Under the pieces are notes generated by a model, which saw only the letters and a list, made by a program, of their open reading frames with translations, was not told the DNA's origin and ran no database searches. The position numbers were made by a program, and so were the translations under genes. A DNA stretch of 64,000 nucleotides from Stegostoma tigrinum (taxonomy: Eukaryota). Below, piece after piece: positions 1 through 13,927 of the stretch. The stretch is taken from assembly GCF_030684315.1 (NCBI RefSeq), contig NC_081387.1, forward strand, positions 5,002,497 to 5,066,496. Reading direction: 5' to 3'. Each line of letters begins with the position of its first letter. Position 1 is the first letter of the stretch.

Positions 1-580
1 TCACCATTTCACCTGTCACAACAATTCTCAATTCCGTAGTATATGATATGTTTGTTTGTACACTAGCACTCAGAAAAACAGTGAACACTGTGCAGTGGAC
101 TTTAACAGTGTTCTGTGTGGCATCCTTGTTATTCAATGGTTGCACCAGTTATCTGCCACAAACGGAATCCTATTATAAATTTACAAATGCTTGTACATTA
201 CCTTGACCACAGAACAAGAATCTGTCGGTTACTGAGAAAACCCTGGCCATAACAGACACAAGCTGAAGGTTGATGTACTCCACACTGGAATTCTGATCTC
301 CAGCATGACTGTCAGTGCCACAAGAAAATTATCAATAACATGCTTGTCATCAACACCAGCACCCTGGCTGCCTGTGTCACTTCACATACACTGTGAATAC
401 ATTTCAGAGATATCATCAAAAATATGCTGATCCACATTGACTTTAGCAACCCGACCTCCATCAATCACAAATCAAAGCAGCGACTAGAACCATTATTTAA
501 GTTCTTAAGCTATTTCCCTTCAACCCCAATGACCAATTGTTCCATGTTAGGAAGATCTTTAACATCCTTGAAGACCCCAG

Positions 581-727
581 CGTGGAGTGGCACGGTGGCT
601 CTGTAGTTTGCACTACTGCCTCACAGCACCAGGGACCCAGGTTTGCTCCCAACCTTGAGTGACTGTCTGTGTGGAGTTTGCACATTCTCCCTGTGTCTGT
701 GTGAGTTTCCTCCAGGTACTGACTCTC
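581..727 (+). mobile_element. HE1/V-SINE-like tRNA-derived SINE, 3'-truncated
   Basis: tRNA-like head (ggcacggtggctc...gggacccaggttt) followed by the V-domain tgtgtggagtttgcacattctccc. Confidence 0.8.
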
Positions 728-1188
728 TGAAAACATTGGAAAGCATTGTCCTGATATTTGACGGTCTTAGCTGCTACTGTACTAAAGAACACAGGGGCTG
801 AGGCCCTTACCCAGACCTTCACACTCCCTTTCCCCATCCATCTACAACTCAATTACCTTCCCAGGTTGCACCATGTTCTCCCCTTATACCCCTGCAGTGA
901 CTTCATCACCTCCCCTTCCCACTCAGGGTCCTGCTGTTGGGATGCACTTTCTTTTGTCATTTGATCTTCACCTCCCTGAGTGAGGATGTTCAACGGATGT
1001 CTTACCTCTTATTACATCGAGAGCCAAGAGGCAATTGTTACCCATACCTCTGGATGACCTGATACACTTGTATACTGAGGTGTTTTGGCTCCAAATCAAA
1101 CAGAAACTTAACAAGGAGGATCGAGAATTAAAAATAGAAAAACTTGAGATTAAAAGGATGCAAAAGGAACAAACCAGTGAAACTGTTT

Positions 1189-1797
1189 CAGAGATAGTAG
1201 GACCAATGCTGGAGAATCTGAGACAACAAGGTATAGGGCTGGATGAACACAGCAGGCCAAGCAGCATCAGAGGACGAGGAAAGCTGATATTTCAGGCCGA
1301 GACCCTACTTCAGAAATGGGGGAGGGGAAGAGGGTTCTGAAATAAATAGGGAGGGAGGGGTGGTGGATAGAAAATGGATAAAGGAGAAGATAGGTGGAGA
1401 GGAGACAGACAGGTCAAAGAGGCGGCCGCTTCCCTAACCTGTCTTCCTACCTATCCCCTCCTCCCACCTCAAGCCCCAACCCCATCTCCTACATACTAAC
1501 CTCATCCCGTCCCCTTGACCTGTCTGTCCTCCCTGGACTGACCTATCTCCTCCCTACCTCCCCACGTACACTCACCTTTACTGGCTCCAACCCGCCTCTT
1601 TGACCTGTCTGTCTCCTCTCCACCTATCTTTTCCTCTATCCATCTTCTATCCGCCTCCCCCTCTCTCCCTATTTATTTCAGAACCCCCTTCCTCTTCCCC
1701 ATTTCTGAAGAAGGATCTAGGCCTGAAACGTCAGACTTCCTGCTTCTCTGCTGCTGCTTGGCTGCTGTGTTCATCCAGCTGTGCACCTTATTATCTC
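1189..1797. mobile_element. Penelope-like terminal (pLTR) inverted derivative
   Basis: Two opposed copies of the same terminal repeat found at 17757 and 52300-52560. Confidence 0.8.
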
Positions 1798-2475
1798 CTA
1801 AATCAGTAAAACAGATATCTGAGACATACTGCTCTGCCTCATCTTGTCTACATCAAATTAGAGCTCTCATACGGCCAGTCCGTTTTTTTCCCCAAGTATT
1901 ACTGATTGCAACTATTTCTTTTTCCATCTGGGAAATTAAAGAAAATAGCTGTAAATTCGGTGCTTGGGTGGTGTAACAGCAGTAAGGGACATCATAAGAC
2001 ACATTGGACGTATTTGGTATTCAACTTTCAATAAGGAGAACAGGGCTTATCAGAAACAAAAACAGAACTTGCTGGAAAAGCTCGACAGGTCTGACGGCAT
2101 CTGTGGAGAGAAATCAGAATTAATGTTTCAGGTCCAGTGACCCTTCCAGAGAACTTCTTATCAGCCTGGGCATCAATTCCAATTTTCCCCAGCAACTGAT
2201 GGCAAACTGTCAGTTTATTAGTCAGTCCCAGTTAAAAATTGGGAATCCTGCAGCCCAATGGTATCAATGTGGACTTCACAAGCCTCAAAATCTCCTCTCC
2301 CTCAATATGGAGCAGGAAACTGCCATCCTTAATTTGTCTGGCCTAAATGTGACTCTAGACCTTCAGCAATGTGCTTGACCCTAAATTGCCCTCTAGGTAA
2401 TTAGGAAGGCATAATAAATGCTGGCCAGACCAGGGATGCCCACATCTCATGAATGAAAAAGAGAAAGAAACATTT

Positions 2476-2795
2476 ATAGAGTCGATAGCCAGAGACTATT
2501 TCCCAGGGCAGAAATGGCTAGCACGAGGGGTCATAGTTTTAAGCTGGTTGGTGGAAAGTCTAGAGGGGATGTCAGAGGCAGGTTCTTTACGCAGAGAGTT
2601 GTGAGAGCATGGAATGCGTTGCCAGCAGCAGTTGTGGAAGCAAGGTCATTGGGGTCATTTAAGAGACTGCTGGACATGCATATGGTCACAGAAATTTGAG
2701 GGTGCATCCATGAGGATCAATGGTCGGCACAACATTGTGGGCTGAAGGGCCTGTTCTGTGCTGTACTGTTCTATGTTCTATGTTCTATGTTCTAT
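2476..2795 (+). mobile_element. young CR1 LINE, 3' fragment
   Basis: ORF2 C-terminus MASTRGHSFKL...VTEI, (CTATGTT)n tail and ATTT target duplication. Near-identical to the 14.6, 18.6 and 19.1 kb copies. Confidence 0.93.
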
Positions 2796-3314
2796 GATTT
2801 CTTGGAAATCTCTGCATCCAGTGAGAGGAAGTAGCAGAATCATCATATATTTTTGAAAAAGAGAAAAATAGATTCTTCGGTTCGTATTGGAAAAGATTTA
2901 AAAGGTTTCAGTGAAATAATTACAAACTGATCTCACATCACATTAAAAGTGCAAGCAAAAGGAGCAGATAATGTAAACATTAGGCTGCGGACAATTTAAA
3001 AAATACATGAGACTGGATAGAGCTCACATTTCTCAAGACCAGATTGGTCAAAATGATCAACATCTCCTGGAGATTTCTGGTCCCTCTCTGCCCACTGTTT
3101 CCTCTCTATCTGGGCTGAAATTAGAAATTAGCCTCAACCCCACACTTTCCATGCAGGGATGGGAACCGTAGTCTGAAGGAGCATCCTCCAGTGCTCCTGG
3201 ATAAAATGACTTTGAATTCATGCAGCCATTTCTACCCTGCTGTGCTGCTTGTTTGAGGTATAGCCCTATTTCCCTTTACAGTGAGTCTGCCCCTCAGGGG
3301 GAATTGCTTCACAT

Positions 3315-3950
3315 TGTTGATAGGGTTGTAAAGAAGGCATAAGGTGTGTCAGCTTTCGTTGGCAGGGGAATTGAGTTTAAGAGCTGTGAGGTTATGCTGC
3401 AGCTTTATAAAACTCTGGTTAGACCACACTTGGAATGTTATGTTCAGTTCTGTTCACCTCATTATAGGAAAGATGTGGAAGCTTCAGAGAGGGTGCAGAG
3501 GAGATTTACCAGGATGATGCCTGGACTGGATGGTAGGTCTTATGAGGAAAGGCTAACGGAGCTAGGGTTTTTCTCATTGGAGCGAAGAAGGATGAGAGGT
3601 GACTTGATAGAGGTTTACAAGATGATGAGAGGCATAGATAGAGTGGATAACCAGAGACCTTTTCCCAGGGCGGAAATGACTATTATGAGGGGACATATTT
3701 TAAGGTGTTTGGAGGAAGGTATAGGGGAGATATCAGAGTAGGTTCTTCACACAGAGTGGTGGGTGTGTGGAATGTGCTGCCGGCAGTGGTAGCGGAGTCA
3801 GATACTGTAGAGACTTTTAAGCGACTCTTGGAGAAGCACAGGGAGGAGAGTAAAATGTAGGGTATGTGGAGTGGATTGATCTCAGTAGGATAGGTCGGCA
3901 CAGCATTGTGGGCTGAAGGCCTGTACTGTGCTGTACTATTCTATGTTCTA
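3315..3950 (+). mobile_element. CR1 LINE 3' fragment (older subfamily)
   Basis: LYKTLVRPHLE..VQFCSPHYRKD ORF2 motif followed by the 3' UTR. Confidence 0.9.
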
Positions 3951-4469
3951 TATTTTATGAATCAGTAATACACTTTAACAGGAATTCATGTGACTTCGTA
4001 AACATTGTTGTAAAAGTTTGATTTCATTGAGACCATGTCCCTCAGCAACAGATGACAGTCTGGTGCTCTACTGATCCTATTGGGTAATGAAGCAAGATTA
4101 TTTCTGAGCTTGTCTATAATGGGGATGGACAGGTGCACAACAGAAGCTGTGTTCTTGCTGCGTGTTCCCCTTGTCTGCTCACAACACAAGTATTATGGAC
4201 TCTCTACCAACTCTGATATGCCCAACACACAAATTCTGATTTGGAAATATTCTTTGAATAGTTTTGATTCAAACAAACACACTGAAATAACTTCCCATTT
4301 CACAACGTTGATCTCAGTTGCTGGTGTAAAGACACAAAATGTCAGATGAAGAGATGACCATGTTACTCAGAGCCAGAATTACTTCTTCTTGTAAAGGCAG
4401 ACTGATGTATGACAAGTTGCAGGACGTTACAGCGTGCAGTCCACAAGGGAGAATCGAAACAATACCTGT

Positions 4470-7400
4470 TGACATTCAATGGCACCCCTGCAAGTTCCGG
4501 CATTGTCAACACCCTGTGGGTTAACATTGACCAAGAACTAAACTTGACCAGCCATATCAAAACAGTGGCTACACGAGCAGGTTAGAGCGTGGGAACTCTG
4601 ATGTGAATAACTCAAAGCCTGACTCCCCAAAGCTTGTACATTACTACACAGCACAATTGAGGAGTGTGTTGGAATACTCCCCAGTTGCCTGGTGGAGTAC
4701 AGCTCCAGTAACACTCTGTTCTACACCATGTAGGACAAAGCAACACACATGTTTGTCACCATATCCACCATGTTCAACATTCTCTCCCTTAATCACAGAT
4801 GCTCAGAGGCACCAGTGCGTACCATTTGGTAACTCACCAGGACAAGGGAAGCAGACACATGGGAACACCACCACTTGCAAGTTCCTCTCCAAGCCAGACA
4901 TATTGACATTCCTTAGTGTTAGTGGGTCAAAATACTGGATCACTCTGACAGAAATGTGGGTATATTGTGGTTCAAGAAGGCAGTTCACCACCAGCCTTTC
5001 CAGAGCAATGAGCAATGGGTAGTAAATGTTGGTCCAGCCAGAGATGCCAACATCCTATGATTGAGTAATTTTAAAAACCGCCAGTGAGGCTGTAGCATTC
5101 ACAGCAATCTTCAACAGGATGTCCTGTGTGGACGATCCATGTCAGCCTCCACAAGCAGCCCCCAGCATCACGGACACCAGTCTTTAGCCAATTTGATTCA
5201 CTCTACATGACATCAAGAAATGCCCGAAAGTCCTGATTATTGCAAAGACTATGGCCCTGACACCATTCAGGCAATAGTACTGAAGACCTCTTCTTCACAG
5301 CTTACCATTCTCCTAGTCAATCCATTCCAAGACAGTTACAACACTGGCATCTACCCAACAATATAGAACATTGCCTAAATATGTCCTGTACTTAAAAAGT
5401 AGGACAAACCCAACCTGGCAATTACTGCCCCATCAGTCTACTCTGGAACATCAGTAAAGTGACGGAAGGTGCCATCAACAGTGTTATCAAGCAGAACCTG
5501 CTCAGCAATAACCTGCTCAGTGACTCCCAGTTTGGATTCCGCCAGGACCTGCTCCTGACCTCATTACAGCCTTGGTTCAAACATGGACAAAAGAGCTGAA
5601 TTCCAGAGGTGAGGTGAGAGCAACAGCCCTTGACATCAAAGTCACATTTGACCAAGTGTGGTGTCAAAGAGCTCAAGTAAAACTGGAATCAATGGGTATC
5701 AATATGCAAACTCTCTACTGGTTGGAGTCATACATGGCACTTAAGAAGATGATTGTGCTTATTGGAGTTCAATCATCTCTGCAGGAGTTCCACAGGGTAG
5801 TGTTCTAGGCCCAACCATCTTCAGCTGCTTTATCAATGATCTTCTCTCCATCATGAGGTCAGAAGTGGGGACGTTCATTGATTATTGCACAATGTTCAGT
5901 ACCATTCTCAACTCCTCAGGTACTAAAGCAATCCATGTCCAAGCGTTATCTGCCCCTGGGACTGGAGGAGAAACTCAGTGTTGGATGCAGTTTTGGATTG
6001 TTGAGACAGGACAGCCAACCTGTCAAAGGCTGTGTGGTTCTATTTATCATTACTGACTCTCAGATTGACAATTACACGCTATAACATGTATACAACATAC
6101 TGCTGGGACATGGCTTCTGGATCCATTTCACTTTCCTCTGTTATCACCCGCCGAATTTAGGATAGGACAGCAACTTCATCAATCCATTAAATATTGCAAC
6201 CTGATTCCACTAACATTGAAGAGTGCATAACATTCAATCATATTATAGGCATTGTTATAGGTCGCCATTTATTGCCAATCTCTAGTTGCTTTTGAGAAGG
6301 TGGTAGGGAGCTACCTTCTTGAACCACTGCAGTCGACATTTTGTGAGTTGATCCACAATGACCTTAGGGAGGGAATGCCAGGATTTGGACCCAATGACAC
6401 TGAAGGAATGGCAATACATTTCCAAGTCAGGATCTTGAGTAGCTGGGAGGAGAATTTGCAGGAGGTGGTGTTGCCATGTATCTGCTGCTTTTGCCCCTCT
6501 AGATGGAAGTGATCATGGGTTTGGAAAGTGCCATCGTAGAAGTCTCAGTGAAATTCTGCAGTGCATCTTGTACCTGGTACACACAGCTGGTAACTGAGCT
6601 TTGGTGTTCAATGAAGTGGATGTATATGGATGTGATACTTTTCAAGGAGGTTGCTTTGATCTGAATGGCATCAAGCTTCTTAGGTGTTGTTGGTACTGCA
6701 CCCAACTAGGTAAGTGTGGAATGTTCCATCACACTCCTGATTGTGCCATGTAGAAGGCAGACAAGCTTTGGGGAGTCAGGAGTTGAGTTGCTTGCTACTG
6801 TATTTCAAGCCTCTGCCGTGCTCTTGTAGCTACTTTATTTATATGGCAAATCCAGTTCAGTTCCTGGTCAGCGGTGATGACCAGGATGTTGACAGGTTTT
6901 AGTAAGGGTTAGATTCTCTCTTTTTGGAAATTGACATTGTTTGACAATTGGGTGGTGCAAATGTTACTTGCTACTTTTTAGCCCGAGCCAGGATATTGTC
7001 CAGGTCTTACTGCAATTGAACATCGGCTGCTTCAGTATCTGAGGAGCCACAAATGATGCTGGGCATTGTGCAATAATCAGCGAACATCCCAATTTCTGTT
7101 GAAGGGAATGTCATTGTTGAAGCAGCTGGAGATGGTTAGGCACAAACCTGGGAAACTTCTGCAGAGATATCCCGGAACTGAGATGAGTGACCTTGAAAAA
7201 CCATAACCATCTTCCTTTGAATTCAACGAGCAAGGAGCTTTCCCCTTGATTCCAGTTATTAAATTTTGTCTTGGTTCTATGCAGGTGCCATGGTTTCAGT
7301 CTCTCCTCACTTGAAGAATTGAAATTTTTTATCCATCTTTGGGGAAGCAATGTCTCAGTGGTATTATCACTAAACTAATCTAGAGACCCATGAAATGTTT

Positions 7401-8590
7401 TGGGAACCTGGGTTCAAATCCTGCCACAGCGGATGCTGGAATTTGAATTCAAATAAAAATCTGGAATGAAGAGTCTAATGATAAGAATAAATCCATTGAT
7501 GATTCAGAAAAAAACTCATCTGATTCACCAATGTCTTTTAGGGATGGAAACTGCCATCCTTACCTGATCTGGACTCCAGAACCACAGCAATGTGAGTGCC
7601 TCTTAACTGCCCTCTGGGCTATTAGGGATGGGCAATAAATGCTGGTCTGGCCAGTGTTACCCTCCTTCTGTAAATTCATATAAAAAGTAAATCTATAATG
7701 AGGTCAGGAGCCAAGTGGCCATAGCAGGCCCCAATCTGAGCAAACAGGTTTTGATGGTCAGGTTCTCACTAATGGGTCTGTCAATATTCCAGAAATAGTA
7801 TTGGAACAGCTTGGCTAGGGGAGCAGCAAGTTCTGGAGCACAAATCTTCAGTACTATTACTCGAATGTTGCCAGGGCCCGTAGCCTTTGCAGTATCCAGT
7901 GTCAACCGTTTCTTGATATCACATGAATTGAATCGAATTAGCTAGAGACTGGCATCTATCATGCTGGAGACCTCTGGAAGAGGCCTAGATGGTTAATCCA
8001 TTTTTGCACTTGTGGCAGAAAATGATTACAAATGCCTCAGATCTGTGATGGACTCCCCGATCTTTTGAGATGGGGTTAAATTGTGGAATCTTCTCCAGTA
8101 ATTTGTCCACCAGCATTCATGACTGGATGTTGCAGAACTACAGAGCCTACATCTGATTTGTTGTTTTTGAGATTATCACCCCTAATCATTGCTTGCTGTT
8201 TCTTTTGTTTGTCAGACATGCATTCCTGTGGTGTCGTATTCACATGTTGATATCTCATTTTAGACACACCTAGTGCTGTTGGTTATGCCATTCTACGCTC
8301 CTCATTAAACCAGGTTTGATTTCTGGCAATGGGAATTTTGGAGGGAAGAGTATGCCAGGCCGTGAAATTATTGATTGCAGTTACATATTGATGTCTCCTG
8401 CGTGCCCAGTTTTGAGATGCCGAACCTGTTTAAAGCCGGTTCCTGTTAGCACAATGGAAAGCCACACAATCTATTGTTGTACTTGTCTTCTGTTTGAAGA
8501 TAATATTCTGTCTCTATAAGGGAGTATACTCTAAGGGAGTGCTTTGGTCACTCCTGCCAGTACTGCTGTGATTAATTGCATCAACTTATG
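4470..8590. mobile_element. cluster of degenerate CR1/L2-group LINE remnants in both orientations
   Basis: Frameshifted RT motifs (NYCPISLL, ALDIKVTFDQVW, QGSVLGP-like). The same family recurs at 15660-17060 and 57090-58050. Confidence 0.7.
7343..7685 (+). mobile_element. tRNA-derived SINE with LINE-like 3' tail
   Basis: A-box-like cagtggtattatcac and B-box ggttcaaatcc. The 3' part is shared with 2305-2460. Confidence 0.65.
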
Positions 8591-9124
8591 GGGGGAGGGG
8601 CAATGGTGTCAGGGGACTGGATGATTGGAAATGTTTGAAAAAAAGAGGATAAATGTGACAACAGTCCATCTAGGTGAATGTTGATTTTGAGGAAGTTTTT
8701 AGAATGAATAATCTGGTGCAAAATAAACAACTGCCGAAGGCCAGTCTCTGTCGGCTGTGCTAATAACTCAATCCTATGTATCCAAAAACAACCCCCAAAA
8801 AAGTATTCTGCCTAGCAGTAGATGACACATTATGGTAGTGTAATTTTATTGCTTGGTTTTATAACATAGTTGAGACATGACAAAGAATCTGTTTGATTGT
8901 TGTTTATGGTTGGGGATTTTCCACTCAATCTCTTCCTCCTCTCTGCAAAACAGAATCCAAGTGAAACTGCAGTTGCATACTGTATGCATCTCAAAATAGT
9001 TTAAGCATGCTAGCATCTTAATATGGTTTTCATCCATCAATCTTTGCTTGGCTGAATATTTTTTTCACTGAACAACTTCTGCTTCAATTTCACTTACTTC
9101 CTCCAAATTAAAGTGAATGTGCTT

Positions 9125-9755
9125 ACATGGTTATGAGCTCTGCCTACCTTTCTAGGGGATATGTGGAACTTTTTTTGTTCCAATCCTGCTGGAGTCCTCC
9201 TTCTCACTTCTTTTACCTTCACAGCACAACTTCTTGCTCTTGTTATTTACGGGAAAATATAATTGACCTTCTTTTCCAAATTCCATCCTTTTCACCATTA
9301 CTAGATTCCTTGTCCTTAGTGTCTGCATCTCCATTTCTGGAATAACCTTATTAATGCATATTTACCACAAACCAACTGATTCCCTTAGCTACTTTGATTA
9401 CACTTCCTCACATTCTGCTGCCTGCCCTGTCTGCAATTCATTCTCCCAGTTTGTCTGTCACATCTGTTCTGACAATACACTTTTCATAACAGCACTTGCA
9501 ATATGCCGTCCCTCTTCCTCAATGGAGGGTTTCCAAAGTGGCTCTCAATTGTATCTGTCCATTTCAGGCACTCCTGCTTTCGTGCCTTGCCCTCCACCCC
9601 GTCCAGACCATGATTGCATTAACATTGCCCTTCCTAATCACACCAATCTCTCAATGCAGGGGAATATTCACCATCTCCACTGTGATGCCACATCTTCCCC
9701 AATCTTCCCTTTCATCACTTCAAGGGAGCCTTCCCTCAACATGTCCTCCTCAATC
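9125..9755 (+). mobile_element. degenerate Penelope-like RT remnant
   Basis: Remnants of PSYACLFVGYVE and IYHKPTDSLSYFDYTSSH. Confidence 0.7.
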
Positions 9756-9987
9756 ATCTGATCCCAGCTGATGATAACACTGGACAAGCCAGTCTCAGAA
9801 TGAAAGCTGGCTTATTTGTCAACAATTTTATTTGTGTATTTTAGTTACCATGGTGCTTAATCACTGAATGCATTTACAAAAGACTGTCAATTTTTGTTTA
9901 ACAAAAGAACACCAGTTTATGACACAATAAAGGAAAGCCAGACATAAGACAATTTGGAAAGATCTTAATGTAGACATCAAAAACACA

Positions 9988-10221
9988 GATAACAAAGTGT
10001 GGAGCTGGATGAACACAGCAGGACAAGCAGCATCTCAGGAGCACAAAAGCTGACGTTTCGAGCCTAGACCCTTCATCAGAGACCCCTCCTCTCTGGTGAA
10101 GAGTCTAGGTCCGAAACGTCAGCTTTTGTGCTCCAGAGATGCTGCTTGGCCTGCTGTGTTCATCCAGCTCCACACTTTGTTATCTTGGATTCTCCAGCAT
10201 CTGCAGTTCCCATTATCTCAG
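9988..10221. mobile_element. non-autonomous fold-back Penelope pLTR element
   Basis: About 95-bp inverted arms plus a ~35-bp extension, flanked by the 15-bp direct repeat atcaaaaacacagat (9976-9990 and 10222-10236). Confidence 0.88.
10052..10079 (-). ncRNA. minimal hammerhead ribozyme motif in a fold-back element
   Basis: CTGATGA-A-GGG-tctagg-CTC-GAAA-CGTC. Confidence 0.55.
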
Positions 10222-11626
10222 ATCAAAAACACAGATTCCTTTATCACAGAAACCGTTTTTTCCAGCAATATCATACACAGGTGCTTCATTGCAATCCAGT
10301 ATCACTCCCATTTTAAGTTTAAGACTTTTGAACCAATTGATTCTTTCCAGTTTTGATGATCTAGAGATTTTGTTCCAGCTCTGAAGCCCAGAGAATGCTT
10401 TCCAGTCTTGACAGCCTGAGCATGTTTTAGGTTGTCACAACCTGGAGCCTTCAACAAAGTTCTCAAAACCTGATGATTCCTACCAACTGAAACGCAGTCT
10501 GGTGATTTCTGCTCTTCTGATGATATGAAACCATTCTTCTGAACTGAAACCTTATGCTGCCTCCTAACCATCTATCTAAATAGATCATAAAAGTTAGCAT
10601 CCAAAACATTCAGCTCCTTGGATATCAGATTAAGGCATTTGACTTAAATCACTTGCTGCTTTGGAAATAATATCTTTAATTCACCGTTCCAAATGATGAA
10701 TGACTTCTTAAAAAAAACAAGCAAGTCACCTTCACAGAACAGAAACCAAAATTTAGTTTGCTTCTATCTGAAACTCCAAATTCCCAAATGATAATCAGAT
10801 AATCAAACCTTTATCATACACTTGAATCTTCTTTTCCATTCCATGGTATCTTACCATGTAAGAGCAGGATATGCAACGCACACTCTTCTACCTCTTCTTT
10901 TCTGCATTAAAGGAACCAACAAGGGGTCAAGTCTGTTTGACCTTGTCCCCGACAATCTATCTGTTGCAAGTGCAGTATTGGTAGGAGTGACTACCACCCA
11001 GTCATTCTGAAAACAAAGCCCCAGTTCACCCTGAGGATATACTCTATTGTGTTGTGCCCAATACCACAGTGGTGAACAGGATATATTTTGAACAGATTTA
11101 GCCACTCAAAACTGGGCATCCATATGGTGCTGCAGGCTGTTAGCAGCAGCAGAATTGCATTCAAACACAACCTATGAAGTCATGGAGCTCCATGAACAAT
11201 TATCATCAAGCTGGGAGATCAACTCTGGTTCAATTACGGATGGAAGAGAGTATGCCAGGAGCAGCACCAGACATACCTCAATAGAATATGGTAACCTGGT
11301 GAAGCTGGATACTTATGTAACAAACAGCATGAGCAGCATGTGATGGACAGATGTTCCAATATAACTAGAAAGCGTGCACCAATAATCATGCTCTACTGAT
11401 TCATAAGCAGCCCCAAAATGTACAAAACTCTTATTAGACAGCCAGAAATCATATGTTTACCTGATTGTCTACTGACTGCTCTACAGGAGAAAGATGATTC
11501 ATGGCAGATGTATTTCCACAACAGATAAATACACCCTAATTATTGTAATGCAGTTAACTTTAACAAAAGGCAAGAACAAAGAAAGTATTTTACTACTGTG
11601 TCACTTAAACTATATCCCTTTAAAAG

Positions 11627-11653
11627 ACACACACACACACACACACAGAGAGA
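11627..11653. repeat. (AC)n(AG)n microsatellite
   Basis: Directly visible in the sequence. Confidence 0.9.
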
Positions 11654-11869
11654 AAAGGGCAGATGGTTTGAAACAGATAGTATAGTGGAACAAGAAAATG
11701 ACCAGGAAATCAAAAGTCTTGAATTGAAGGATGGGTCTCCCATGTCTTTTTTTTGTGAATTGTTTTTGTACTGATGGGTATTTTTTGATCCAGTAATCGT
11801 TCAGGTGGATCTAGGATTCCTCTTGTTAGAGTCATAAAGATGTACAGCGCAGAAAAAAAGACTGAATAA

Positions 11870-12548
11870 AAATTGAAAGAACTGCAGATGCTGTAAATCA
11901 GGAACAAATACAAAGTTGCTGGAAAAGCTCAGCAGGTCTGGCAGCATCAGTGAAGGAAGAAACAGAGTTAACATTTCAGGTCCGGTGACCTTCCCCAGAA
12001 CTGATGGTGGCTGGGAAAACACCAGTTTATATGCAGAAAAAAGGGGAAAGGGATAGGGTAGGGAGCAAACGATAAGATAGCGCCTAAAGAGAGAGAAGAG
12101 CAGTTGAACAGACAAAGAGTTGCGAACAATCAAGCTGGGAGGGCGAATAGTTGTTAATGGGGACTGTTAGTGACTAACAATAGTGGGTGTGTAATGGCAG
12201 GCTATATGGTAACAAGGCCTGGCTTGTGAGGAAGGGAGCTAGAACATGGGAGAGTTTAGGCCCTAAAATTATTGAACTTGATATTCAGTCTGGAGGGCTG
12301 CACGGTCCCCAAGAAGAAAATGAGGTGTTGTTCTTCTAACTTGTGTGGAGCTTTGCTAGAACACTACAGCAAGCCAGAGACAGACATGTTGGTCAGGGAA
12401 CAGGGTGGTGTGTTAAAGTTGCAGGCGACGGGTAGCTCAGGGTCTTTTTTGCGAGCAGAACATAGATGTTCTGCGAAGTAGTCACCTGGTCTACACTTCA
12501 TTTCCACAATGTAGAGGAGGTCACATTGTGAGCAGTGAATGCAGAGAA
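11870..12548 (-). mobile_element. second Penelope-like family fragment (terminus and GIY-YIG remnant)
   Basis: Terminus gaactgcagatgctgtaaatcagg...gttaacatttcaggtcc recurs at 2050, 54900, 59785 and 61535. The minus strand has an IHCSQCDLLYI remnant. Confidence 0.7.
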
Positions 12549-12559
12549 GAGGCCCTTGT

Positions 12560-13570
12560 ATTAGACAGTAGCTTTCAAAAGTATGATAATGAGAGTTCGA
12601 AAACAGTATGTTCCTGTTGGAGTGAAGGGCAAGAGTAGCAGGAGTAGGTTACACTGGATGACTAGAGATATTGGGACTTTTGTCAAGAAGAAGAAGGAAG
12701 CGAAATTGATGGCAGGTTATCTAAGACTATAACAGGATATTGAACAGCAGTGCTAATAGGCTGAGGAGTGGCAGACTGAGTTTACATAAATGTGCGGTAT
12801 TGCATTTTGGTAAGACAAACAAGTATAGGACTTAAACAGTTAATAGTAGGGCCCTGGGGGAGTTGTCAAACAGAGAGATCTAAGAGTTCAGGTACATAGT
12901 TCCTTGAAATTGGCATCACAGGTAGACTGAGTGGTGACAGGGGCATTTGGCACGCTTGCCTTCATTGGTCAGTGCATTGAGTATATGAGTTGGGAGGTCA
13001 TGTTGCAGTTGTACAGGACATTGATGAGGCCAGTTTTGGAATACCATATTTAATTCTGGTCAGCCTGCTATAGGAAAGATGTTGTTAAATTGTAGAGGGT
13101 GCAGAAAATATTTACAAGTGTATTACAGAAACTGGATGGTTTGCGGAGAGGCTGGATAGGTTAAGACATTTTTTCCATGGAGCATCAGAGCTTGAGGGAT
13201 GATCTTATATAGGTTTATAAAATCGTAACAGGCACAGATAAGGTGAATAGCAATGGTCTTTTCCCTACAGTAGAGAATAGGGATTTCCAAATAAATGGCA
13301 TAAGTTTAGGGTTAGAGGGGAATGATTTTAAACAGACCAGAGGGGCAACTTTTCACACAGAAGATGGCACATGTATGAAATGAACTGCCAGAGGAAGTGG
13401 AGGAAGCTGGTACAGTTACAACATTTAAAAGACATCTGCACGGGTACATGAATAGTATAGATTTAGAGTGACATGGACCAAATGCAGGCAAATGAGGCAG
13501 TTTAGTTTGGAAAACTTGGTCAAGTTGTCCCGAAAGATCTGCTTCTGTGCTAATGACTCTATGACTCTGC
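12560..13570 (+). mobile_element. degenerate CR1 LINE
   Basis: Disrupted ORF2 C-terminal motifs and a tgactct tail. Confidence 0.8.
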
Positions 13571-13927
13571 TCTGATCAAAAACAATCACCTAACAACTCT
13601 AATCCTAAACTCCAGCACTTGGCCTAAAGCCTTATATGTTTAAGCATTGCAGCTGCACATCTAAATGCCTCTTAAATGTGATGAGTGTTTCTGCCTATAC
13701 CACTCTCAAAGGCAATGAGTTCCAGATTCGTACCACCTTCTGGGTGAAAAGGTTTTTCCTCACATCTCCTCCTGTCCTTACCTTAAATCTGTGCCCTTGG
13801 TTATTGATCCCTCCACCAAGGGGAGATGTTTCTTCCTGTCCTATCTATGGCCCTCATAACTTTATATATCTCTGTCATGTCCTTATCATGTCCTGTGTTT
13901 AAGGAAACCAATCCCAGTCTAAACCAA

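Noticed and set aside
1-420. Possible exon or LTR-retrotransposon pol remnant at the window start
   Set aside because: No convincing open frame or motif, so it cannot be supported by eye.
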